Part shown: positions 18,626-29,200 of the stretch, piece by piece
Layout of the letters: each line of letters opens with the position of its first letter
How positions within the stretch are numbered: position 1 is the first letter of the stretch
Program-made: the position numbers and the translations under genes
The notes under the pieces: model-generated
What the model saw: the letters and a program-made list of their open reading frames with translations, nothing else
The model's database searches: none
What the model was told of the DNA's origin: nothing
Source: a virus
Lineage: Duplodnaviria > Caudoviricetes
Direction: 5' to 3' (one strand)
Length of the DNA stretch: 50,941 nt
Virus record (IMG/VR): IMGVR_UViG_3300037863_000314
Coordinates: 1 to 50,941 of that record

Positions 18626-20986
18626 ATGGGCCTCTTCAGTTCCAAGAAGAAAGTCTACGTTTCGTCGACGGTCTACAAGATCATCGAAGACGATAAACCT
18701 CGCACGTCTTACATGCAGGAAGTCATCGCTTCGACCGCACTTTCGAATTCGTCTCAGAGATCTTTTGCTGACGCTATTACCGCCGCGTATGCTCAAGGAC
18801 CTCGCAGCAATTTGCGGGCTTTCTTCCGCTGGGCTAAAACAAACTTTGATTACGGCATGCCTCGAGCTGCGATCGACTATAATGAAATTATCGACTACGC
18901 AGTTGTTGCTTCCAATATCTTGACTCAGGTTTTTGCAAACGCAGCAAACCTAGTAATTCATGTTCAGCAAGCGTTTCTTGATATTGCCGATGAAAGCTAC
19001 TACGCAGAACAGTGGCTGTACGAAAACAGACCAACGCTGGCGCACTTGGATTGGGCGGCCGACGTAGATCCCGTTACTAATAATATCTGGATTCAGTATC
19101 CTCCGGGAACTGAATACCTTGGTTCTCCGATTTCCAGTGAGTCTTTTTCTGTACCAGGGTTCGACACAAGCAATCGGGTGCTTGTGGCCTATTACTATAC
19201 TGAAAACACTCTCACCGATGAGACTTCTCCAGCAAGGGTTTGGATATACAAAATCGGTGGTTCCATTACAGCGCTCAATGCTTTTCGAAGTGAGATCGAA
19301 AACGGGTCCGGCGCGCGAGAGTTCTATCCGTTCATCCCTCTCAGGATTAACAACAAGTCTGTTTTTGAGACAGGCTCCCCTGCACTCTCTAAAGAAGCAG
19401 ACATCCGCAAAGCTTACAAAAAGCTGATGGGTCGCGTAGCCAATATTGATGATCTTTTAGACGAGATTGAGGGTAATGCCGGGATCGGTGACATTGACTA
19501 CGCTTACCTGGTCCCTGGCGTGAGTCTCAACACAACAAGCAAAGCCGAGAAAGAATACCTCTTTGAGTTCTTCCGGCTTTTGTCGGTCAAGCAAGCTGCT
19601 CCGCCTACGTCGTATGATGATTTTCTCACGGCCAATGACGCTGTTGGGGGATACACGACGACCAGCCCTACCGGCGATCGGGTGAACGTTAATGCTTATG
19701 TAGATACGGATAACCCAAGATATCTTAAAGGCATTGGCACCGCAGACACGATGTACTCTTCTAGCCTGACAAATATTCATTGGACGCTGCCGACTACGGA
19801 TCTGGGTGTGCTCGATATGAGAATGTCCTGGATCGACATCCAAGAGACTCAGCGTACCGGCGTCATTCAACAAGGTGCAAAAGTTGGTGATGTTATTCTT
19901 TCCAGGGGCAACTACCTGAACTTCTCTACGTCTTTTAGTTTTTCACTTAATGGTCTTAACGTAGTCGATACGGTAAACAGTATTATTATCCGTAAACAGA
20001 TTACTCGTTTGGAGTACATTGAGATTGTTGCTCGAGGTCTGGTCCATAAAAATCTGATCTACAAAGGTAAGTCAGTTGACATTACTGCCAGTGAAGCTCT
20101 TGCAGACCCTGATGAGTCAGGCTTCGTCATTCCTCTGCACGAACCAACTTTGAAAAGACTTGGGACAGTTATGTCTACCGAGCTGGCCAGAGAATCTTTT
20201 TTGATTGTGTTCAACTCTTACCAAGTGGTGAAAACCAAATGGTATCAGAAAGGCATCTTCAAATTCATTCTGGCGATTATCCTCATTGTAGTCATTGTAG
20301 TGCTGACAGTCATCTTTGCGCCGGCCGGCTCAGCAGCGGCCGCAGGTGGAGCTGGTATTCTGGGAAGCTCCGCTGCGATCGGCGCCAGCCTTGGGTTCAC
20401 TGGGTTGACGGCTATTGCAGTGGGGACCGCAGCAAATGCTATTGCTGCAGCTCTGGTTCTTCAGCTTATCTCTGTTGGGTCGACAGCTGTGTTCGGGGAT
20501 AAGCTGGGAAAGCTTATTACGCTTGTCGCCGCGGTGGTCCTTACTCTTGGTTCCGGACCTGGAGGCTTCAGTTTTGACAACCTTTCCCAGGGGATTGGTT
20601 GGACCAATATGGCTGCAATCGATAAGCTGGCTTTGATGACCAATGCCGCCACTGATCTGGTAGGCGTCGTGCAACAAGAAAAGATTAATGAGATCCTGGA
20701 AAAGACCCAAGATGTCATTTCGACGTATAACACTGAAATGAGCAAGCTTGAAAAGCTCATGGCCGAGCTGGGAGGCAGTGGGGTGGTCAACCCTATGATG
20801 CTCACTGACTTTACCGACCCCATGCAAGAATGGTCTCAGATGGGCGAGAAGTGGGCCAGAGCAGCTTTCTTTGGGGAGACCCCTCAGGATTTCCTTGATA
20901 GAACGCTTCTTTCAGGAGGAGACCTCATTGAGCTTAGCCATGTGGCCATTTCTGACTTCGTGAACGCTGCATTGACTTTGCCATAA
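18626..20986 (+). CDS. N4 gp53-like structural/ejection protein with hydrophobic C-terminal segment
   Basis: MGLFSSKKKVYVSSTVY, FYPFIPLR, KWYQKGIF followed by a TM-like stretch. Confidence 0.88.
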   Translation: MGLFSSKKKVYVSSTVYKIIEDDKPRTSYMQEVIASTALSNSSQRSFADAITAAYAQGPRSNLRAFFRWAKTNFDYGMPRAAIDYNEIIDYAVVASNILTQVFANAANLVIHVQQAFLDIADESYYAEQWLYENRPTLAHLDWAADVDPVTNNIWIQYPPGTEYLGSPISSESFSVPGFDTSNRVLVAYYYTENTLTDETSPARVWIYKIGGSITALNAFRSEIENGSGAREFYPFIPLRINNKSVFETGSPALSKEADIRKAYKKLMGRVANIDDLLDEIEGNAGIGDIDYAYLVPGVSLNTTSKAEKEYLFEFFRLLSVKQAAPPTSYDDFLTANDAVGGYTTTSPTGDRVNVNAYVDTDNPRYLKGIGTADTMYSSSLTNIHWTLPTTDLGVLDMRMSWIDIQETQRTGVIQQGAKVGDVILSRGNYLNFSTSFSFSLNGLNVVDTVNSIIIRKQITRLEYIEIVARGLVHKNLIYKGKSVDITASEALADPDESGFVIPLHEPTLKRLGTVMSTELARESFLIVFNSYQVVKTKWYQKGIFKFILAIILIVVIVVLTVIFAPAGSAAAAGGAGILGSSAAIGASLGFTGLTAIAVGTAANAIAAALVLQLISVGSTAVFGDKLGKLITLVAAVVLTLGSGPGGFSFDNLSQGIGWTNMAAIDKLALMTNAATDLVGVVQQEKINEILEKTQDVISTYNTEMSKLEKLMAELGGSGVVNPMMLTDFTDPMQEWSQMGEKWARAAFFGETPQDFLDRTLLSGGDLIELSHVAISDFVNAALTLP

Positions 20987-21038
20987 TGTCAGGGGTAATT
21001 CTCTTTCAAGCGCGCCTTTACTGATTAAGAGGGTTCTT

Positions 21039-21548
21039 ATGCCTGATCCATTAAACCCTTACGCTAATTCGTACGGACCTCCTCCGATCGATATGTCTAT
21101 GGTCGGTGGCCCTGGATACACGGCCCCCCTGGTCTCGTCTTCGAGTCTCAGGGCTCTTGGCGTCGGAGAAGGCGCAGTGGCCCCAGGAATCAATATGAAC
21201 GCCCCTAAAGTCCCTAATGTGGGCGGTGCGCTCAAAGATGGCGGTGTCGGCGGAGAACCTCCTGTATCGAAGCTGGGCGAGATGCTGGGCAATCTTGGTT
21301 CCGGTGTTTCTATTCTGGGAGACCTTGCCGGCATCTATCTGGGCTTTCAGGAACAGAAGATGGCAAAGCGTCAATTTGGCGCTCAGCTGGGTTTTGCAAA
21401 TGCTAACCTGGAAAACAGCGTTAAGTCCTACAATAATCGATACAGTGATATGCTGACATCTCGAGGTTTTACGCAGGGCACCTCTAATAACGAGACCCAA
21501 CAAGCAATCACGTCTGGTTCTTTGAACTTCCGACCGATCAAAGGATAA
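21039..21548 (+). CDS. N4 gp52-like ejection protein
   Basis: Gly-rich; AKRQF...N.ENSVKSYN motif; synteny. Confidence 0.75.
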   Translation: MPDPLNPYANSYGPPPIDMSMVGGPGYTAPLVSSSSLRALGVGEGAVAPGINMNAPKVPNVGGALKDGGVGGEPPVSKLGEMLGNLGSGVSILGDLAGIYLGFQEQKMAKRQFGAQLGFANANLENSVKSYNNRYSDMLTSRGFTQGTSNNETQQAITSGSLNFRPIKG

Positions 21549-21551
21549 CCT

Positions 21552-23207
21552 ATGGCTATCACATATGAGCCAGTTTCTATTCCTGGATTTGGTAATGTTG
21601 ACACGAGTGGTGCGACAACTGTCGGCACAAGCCTTGCAGGCCTTGGTGATAAAATCACTGGTCTCGGCGATCGTCGTCAAAAGCGCATAGATGATGAGAC
21701 TGCACGCAAAAATGCCCGCGGCCTCGGGATTTTGGAAATGGCGGCTGCCAACGTCGAATCTGAAGAAGAGCTCAATGCGATTGCCGGCTCTCTTGGGCTG
21801 CTTCCTGGTGGTTCTGTAAAAGACGCTGTTGTTATTCCTGGTGGCGCCGAGGTAATCAACGCAACCCGCGCACGCTTGATTGAAAATAATGGCAACCGCG
21901 GCATTGCCGAGTTTCGCCAAGGTCAAGGTAAAGAAGCCGAAGCAGTCGGTCGTACTGCTCAAAGTAAAGCTGATTTGAACGATTTGGAAAAATCTGCTGC
22001 CACTGCGTATGGTCCGCAGATTGCTGATGTTCTCAAGCTAGGTCACAGCAATGATCCGGGCTACAAAGACGCGCTGTACGCTTTGAATGCAGACATGCAG
22101 AAAACGCATGCCGGCATTGATCCAAACAAACTGTATCAGGACTCCGAAGCCAATCGGACATTGGGTGACACTACAAATACCGGCATTGTCACCAACGAGC
22201 TGGGAATCGAATCTACTCGTGAAACCAATGACTTTAACAAAAAAGCAAACGTGTTTAGTCTTGGTGCTAAGTCGGATGCTAATCGGGATAGCGATTACAA
22301 CTATGGTCGCACTATTCTGAGCAATACTCGCGCTGATGAGTCGTATGATTCTGGCCGGAATATCAAAGAGTTTGTCGCTGATCTCAGGGTCAATGGTGTG
22401 CGGGATACTGACAACATTCAAAGCATCCGCAATAACCCTGATTTCACTGCAGCTGAAAAAGAAGAAGCAATTACCCTTTACGGCACAGGCCCCGGTCTTG
22501 ACGTAACTAATCCGCTTAAAGATGAATTTGCGATCGAAAGATCTGAGCAATCTCCGATCAATCCTGTGCAGAACTCTTTTGCAGGTCTCTCCAACACATT
22601 CTTTGGTACGGACCTTCCTACCAATGAATCTCGAGGGGTGCCTATTCAGCAAACTGTGTCTGGCATTGAAGGTGCGGTTGAACGCTCTATTGCCAAAGCT
22701 CCGGATATTCAAACATATGCTGATGCCCAGAGACTTCGTGAAGCGGGAACTCTCAAAGACTTTGCTGGCAACATCGGCGAGCATATGACGGTGCTTTACC
22801 CAGATTATGATTGGGAAGAAAATCATAAAGAACTGATTAACGAGATCAAAAGTGAATTTGGTTTTAGCAACGAAGAAATTGTTGCTCTTGTTGGACAGGC
22901 AACTAATACAGGCGGTTTTTTTAACTCTGCGGAACTTGCGGATGATAAGATGAGAAAACGTGCTGCTGCTTATGCAGCAACTCTTCCAAATATCAAACGT
23001 GACTATGAAGGTTTGATGAGTAAGTCCGCAGAAGCTTCCGTTATTCAATCCAATATTCGTCAAAAGAAAATTGACCAACAACGCGCTGCCGAAAATGGAA
23101 AACCCGAAGATGCCGCAAAGCGGCAAGAAGAAATTGATATTCTCACTTCCCAACTTTTGAGAATAGAAGCAGACGTATCTAACCGGGCTCGGTCTACCAA
23201 GAAATAG
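21552..23207 (+). CDS. N4 gp51-like ejection protein
   Basis: MAITY start, cysteine-free, directly upstream of vRNAP. Confidence 0.7.
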   Translation: MAITYEPVSIPGFGNVDTSGATTVGTSLAGLGDKITGLGDRRQKRIDDETARKNARGLGILEMAAANVESEEELNAIAGSLGLLPGGSVKDAVVIPGGAEVINATRARLIENNGNRGIAEFRQGQGKEAEAVGRTAQSKADLNDLEKSAATAYGPQIADVLKLGHSNDPGYKDALYALNADMQKTHAGIDPNKLYQDSEANRTLGDTTNTGIVTNELGIESTRETNDFNKKANVFSLGAKSDANRDSDYNYGRTILSNTRADESYDSGRNIKEFVADLRVNGVRDTDNIQSIRNNPDFTAAEKEEAITLYGTGPGLDVTNPLKDEFAIERSEQSPINPVQNSFAGLSNTFFGTDLPTNESRGVPIQQTVSGIEGAVERSIAKAPDIQTYADAQRLREAGTLKDFAGNIGEHMTVLYPDYDWEENHKELINEIKSEFGFSNEEIVALVGQATNTGGFFNSAELADDKMRKRAAAYAATLPNIKRDYEGLMSKSAEASVIQSNIRQKKIDQQRAAENGKPEDAAKRQEEIDILTSQLLRIEADVSNRARSTKK

Positions 23208-23230
23208 CCCTCATCTAAATAGGTAGGACT

Positions 23231-26200
23231 ATGATAGGCCCATCAATTTCGGACTTTACTCAAAAACTTCGTTCTATTGGCCGTGAGTCGGTAGCCGAAC
23301 GTGTGCCTGAAAAAGATCCTCCAACTAAAGAAGACGAAGCTTCTGCCGGCGCAGAGCTTACGATTGCTGAACAGGCAGTTGCTATGGATCAGGCTATGGG
23401 TAGTCCTTACCAAAAAGTTACTCAAGGAAGCATGAGCTTTATTGGAGGCGCTGCTTCGCGTTTCGATAAAACGCGTGTACCCGGCTATCAAGAACAGCTC
23501 GAGATAGACAAAACTGTCTTGCCCCCCGGCCAGTTTGCAATGAAGTATGGCAAAGAGGCGGAAGACGCTCGTTTTTACGAAAGCGATGATGAGACGTCTA
23601 ACCCGATGGTTCGGGCTATTGCTAAAGAGGACAATCGTCCTGGTCTCCAGGTAGCACGAGACAGCACTATTGGTGCCGGCGCTGCACTTGTAGGCCTTAC
23701 CAGTGATCTGACGTCCGGGCTTATTCGCATGGCTCCTAGTGGAGGTCTTCCAGGGCAGAGGGCAATGGACCGCTATATGGCGGCAAACTCTGATGCTGAA
23801 ATTCCTAAAGTCGGAAATCCGGTTGCCGATGTCATTTCGGAAAAAGGCAACGAGTTTGCTGATTTTATCCGCAAAGGAAAAACTCAAGAAGTCAGAGAAG
23901 GCTACGCCGAAGAAGCACGTACTTCCCGTGCTCGTACGGCAGACAGTGAGGCTGAGTATGAAGCTTCCGATAAAACGCTTCGTGATGACTTCCGGCGTAT
24001 GGGCAGGGAAGCTGTAATTTCGGCTGACTCTTATTTGGATAACTCGATCGCCACGGGTGACGTAGTAGCTGAAGCTCTTGGCTCAATGATTCCTTCTTTG
24101 GGTGTTGCTGGGGGTGTCCGCGCTGTTGTTTCTGGAACACTTGCTAAGGCGGGTGTGAAAGGCGTTGCCAAAGGCACTATCGAAACAATCACCACGGCTG
24201 CCACTGTCGGCATCATGGAAGGCCAAGGCGCTTACAGCCAGACTCGTCGGGAAATTCTTCAGATGTCTGAAGAAGATCTTATGGCCGGCTCTGAAGAGTA
24301 TAGGGCTCTTCGTGATAAAGGATACAGCCACGAACTTGCTAAAGACCAAGTCGCCGAAGCCGCGGCCGTCGAAGCTCAGGTTATGACTTCTGTTGTTGCT
24401 GCCGGTATCTCTTTGCCTGTGGCTGGTTTTGAGGGTGGTGCCCTTTCTCGCCTTGGCAGACGAAGCCTTGTTCAGGCGGTTGGTGATACTGCCAGTCAGA
24501 CTGTTGAAGAAAGCGCTCAAAACGCAACAAGTCAGTATTTTCAAAACATAGGCATTAAAGACTACGCCGATGAAACTCGTGCGCCGTCTGAAGGTGTTGG
24601 CCGTGCTGTCACTGAAGGCGCAATCGGCGGCTTTGGTTCTACGACTATTCTTGGTGCTCCGAACGCGCCTGGTATTGTTCTCCAGAAACAAATCCAGATG
24701 ATCAAAGGCGTCGGCTCTGTGGGCAAAATGATTGGTGGCGCTATGGCCACCAAAACAGCTCGTAAAGCTGCAAATGCCAAAGTTGATGAGTTTGCGACAG
24801 AAGTCGAAAAACGTTTCAACGAAGCATCTGACATCATTACTGCGATCGAAGAAATGGATGGTGGTGCAGAGACCACTCAGGAAACGCGTGCCGCTCTTGA
24901 GCGCGCGCGCACGGTCATAGAGCCTTTGACCGAAGCGTTCAAAGACACCGAATCGGGTGACTATAAAAAACGCACCAAAACATTCCAGGATCAGGTTGTT
25001 CCTGGATCCAAACTCAAGACATTGGTGAATGTTGCGAGAAAGCTTTCCACCGACAACGGCTTCAGGGAAGATTCGGAAGAAGCAGTAGCCGCTTCTGAAT
25101 TTCTTATGGATGAAATGGCTCTCATCAATGGCGTGCTCATGGCCATGGAAGTGCAGGCGGATAAAGCTCCTGCCGAGGGAGCCAGCCTTCAAGAAGTGCT
25201 TGAAGCTCAAGAAGCAGCTGCAGTGGATGCAGTGGATGCAGTGGATGCAGTGGATAACGTCGCTGCTGCTGAAACCCGCGCTGCCGAGTTTACCGGCAAT
25301 ATGACTGAGACACCTGTCTTCTCAAAAGGCTTGCAAGACGCTTCCCACGTTCTGAATGCGGCTTCCACAAAATCTGTCCAAGAAGGCAAGGGTGTTATTC
25401 CGATCAAGTCGTACGCCGAAGTGGTAATGAACCCGGTTGGTATAGACCCTGCGCGCATCACTGAAGAAGTTCGCGTCGGCATGCCTGAAGAACTTCAGAA
25501 AGCTGTTGCTGTTGTGGAGGCTATTCAGTCCCCGGAGCATAAAGCCAAACTGCGTCCGGTTAAAGGCAATCGCACCAATACTCGTGAGGGCAGCCGGCAA
25601 GAAATACTGTTCCAGAGTAAATCTACGAGGTGGGGTGAAATTGCCTCCTTTAACGATATGGTCTCCCAGCTTCTTCGCGGTGCTATTCGGCATCAGCGAG
25701 AAGGCAACAGTGTTGTCCGCAACACTCAAGGTAACGAAATTGATTCTGTCGACGTGCTCGAAGACCTTGCTGCGTTGATTAAACACCAACAAAACAAGTT
25801 TGATGCGGCTACGGAGTCGGTAACCAATCCAGAAAAGTACGACACTAGTCGTAAGTTTGACTCGTTGAGCCAGAAAGACGGCGATTTCTACAAAGACAAA
25901 GGCAAGATTTATGTCCATGCCTCAAACCCTAATTCTATGCAGACATACCGGGCGATCGGTGAAGAGCTGAACACCGGCATTCGCGCGTACAATGCGCTGA
26001 TCGAACAATTCCCCGAGCTCTATAAAGGAGAGAAGCTGACTCAAGTTTCTCTTCCAACAGTCCCTGAAGGAGCTGAGAATGCCCCTGCATCATCGGAAGC
26101 AGCGCCGCAACCTGCAGAAACTAAAAGTGAACGAACCGAACCCACGCAAGTGGTGGCAGATCCCGTGGTGGGTACTGGTGCTGGCAGCGCTGGTAACTCT

Positions 26201-29200
26201 GTGCGCTCAGATAAAATGAGTTTTGAGGATCTGTTCCAGGGCGGCACTGAAACCACCTTGGCAGATACCATTCAATACCTGCTGACGCTCGACACGATGG
26301 ACGCTCAGCAACAAGTTATGCTGTCGATGATCATTGGCTCGGGCTTTGCACGAGCTAATCCGAATACGATCGTACGCCAGGCTACGGCTGAAGAGCGCAA
26401 AGCAGCCGGTCCGAACAAGACACACGGCTGGTGGGATCCCCAAACAGGTGAAATTGTTCTCTTTGTTGAGCGCATTTCAAAGCTTCTTCATGAGCTGATC
26501 CACGCAGTTACACTCGAGGCACTCTTCCAGAACTTGGCTCAGGCTTCTATCAAGCGTGCTGCCGGCATTGCTCTGAACCCTGTTGAGAAAGCAGCAGTGG
26601 ATCTTAATGACGCAGCTATTGAGTTCATGGAAGAGAAAGCCATGAACCCTGATGTTGCTCAGGTTCAAGCTGTCATGCGAGATCTTTATGAGGCTGGTAA
26701 AACAGTCGCTGAAAGAGATCGCGGCATGGGCCGGGCTATTTCTGAATTCATGGCTTACGGTCTCACAGAGACCAAAGTGGAAGCTCAGCTTTCTGAGAAA
26801 AAATATCGTAATCCAAGCATGGCTAAAGGGGTTATCAGCCTTGTCTCTGGGATATTCAGAGCTCTTCTTGGCGTACGCCAACCGAACAAGGATTACGATT
26901 ACACTGCCTTCGACAAACTGTTCATGGACACGAAGACGCTGGCGCTCGACACTCAATCGACAGTCCTGCAACCTCGTGAGGTCAAACGAGCGGAGGCAAA
27001 GGATGTCAAAAAGCGCCCACAAACAAAAGATGCTATTACTTCACCAGAAAGAGCGTCGCCGTCAACGGCGGACGCAAAAGAACAAGTTGAAGCAAAACCC
27101 GCTGGCGTACGAACTACCTCCCCAGTAAACCAGGAGCCGGCACAGGCTGAGGTTTCTTCTGCGCCAGCAGAAGAAACCGATACGACGTCGCCGGCGACGG
27201 AAGAGTTCGATCTTATAAACAAGATCACTGAGGTTCTGGCAAAAGGCTTTGAGCAAGTTGCTCAGGCTCAAAAACCTGCAGCCTCTGTTTCAGCTCCAGT
27301 TCTTGCGGAAACAGCACCTGGAACAAAAGCAACTATTGAAGATGTTGTTGAAGATCTGGCTATCCTGGAAAGAGATGAAGAGCAGCTCAGTGTAGGGATG
27401 GAAACGCTTTATGACTCTGAAGGTGTCAGTGCGGCTATTACCTTCGAAGAGTTTATGGTTGTAGCTCGTGAACTTTCTTCAAAAGATGCCAAAGCCAAAA
27501 AGGCTATTCGCAATTCGAAAGTCTACCAAAATGCTATTCGTAAGCTGACTGCTTATGAGCAGCAAAATGGTATTGGCAATGGCATTGGCTTTGCAGAAGT
27601 CTGGCCCGACGCTCGTGACTATATATCTCGGATGCGAGATCTTCGTGCTCAGCGTGCTAAAGCACAAGCTACTCTCGATACGCTTTCGCCGACTGCAGCA
27701 TCGCCAGCTGTAGCCGCATCTCCGTCACCCGCTGCTGCGACGGCTGACGCCGTCGGCCCGACGGCTGCCGAATCTGCGCCTCCATCTGTCTCAGCAGCTG
27801 CGGCGAAAGCAGCCCCCGAGAAAACAAAAACACAGCCGGCTGAACCGGCCGAAGTTGTTGAAGAAGAAGTTGCCGGCGAAGAAGTCGACACTGGTCTGCC
27901 GGCAGATTGGCAACCTACATACATTCTTGGGTCTAATCTTCTGGGCAACAAGGAAGGCAGCTTCCTCTCGAAGCTTCTTACTAAAATGAAACCGCAACTT
28001 CAGCCTGGTGACACCCTTGATCGTCTGATCTCGGCAGTGGCTCCAACTCTTCGGTACAAAGTCACGCCGGAGATGAAGGAAGCAAATGATCGTGTTCGGA
28101 AAGAAGCTTTCCGTGTCATGCAAGGCATGCAGAAACGTGTTGGTTCTCAAGTCCCTCGCCTGAAGGGCAAAAGTGGTAAGCTTACCCTGGGAGAGCTCCA
28201 ACTGTTCCAGCGCGGCGAAAGTGACTTCAACCCAGCTCGCTCTGAGCAGTTCCGTGTTCTGGCTTGGCTCGATGCTCAGTCTGTCCTCGACGGTAAGCCT
28301 AAGTATGATGAGCACATTCTCATGCTCGCTCTTATGGCGACAGCTGATTATGTGATGAACAATGCCGACTCTAAAGGTGTCACTAAGCTCCAAGACGCCA
28401 TGAAAATGTTGGGCTTGTCTGATATGTCCAAGCTGAGCCAGGGACAGATTAAAGACATCCTCACCACTGTTAATGCTGGTCGTCCTGGTGTGTTTGTTAA
28501 AGCGGCATTGGCTGCTCATATCCGGGAATTCCTTGGTGCGGAGCTCAACCAGGATATGTCACCTTCTGAGACCGATGGTGCTTTTGAAGCTCTCTCTCAC
28601 GAGATCTTGGATTACCTTTCTTTTGAGAGCCAGAACGCCACTCAGAAAAAAGACTTCTGGCTGAAATCCCATACTGTCAGCATGTTTGGTCATAGCATCA
28701 CAGCCTTCAGCTTTGGCAAACCTGCAGGTTGGCATGACACCAAAACAGGCAAGATTCTTCTGCGGGATGTTTTGACTTCCAGATCCAGCGATATTCACCG
28801 CTATTCGATTGGTGTGCCTTGGACTAAGAAAGACGTTGCGCGGTCTCTGAAAAAGAACCGTTCACTGAAGATTGCTGCCAAACAGCGTAAAGCAATTGAG
28901 ATTCAGCAGAACACGCCGTTCTACTTCTCGAAAGAGTTCTTTGAGATGTATACGGCTCTCGGCCCAAAAGTGATTGGTTACGCGCTGGGTTATAAAGACA
29001 TTCAGGATGACGTTTTCTACAACGCTATTCACGAACAATCTGTGGTGGGTAAGAACACAAGTGTTGTCTACGAGATCAATAATACTCGAGATCAAATCGA
29101 CGAGATTATTCAGTACGCTGAAAAGAACAACATGGATCCTCATGAGGTTCCTGTTTATTATCGCATCTCAATCGGCGACAACACGCGCTTCAACTTCGAA

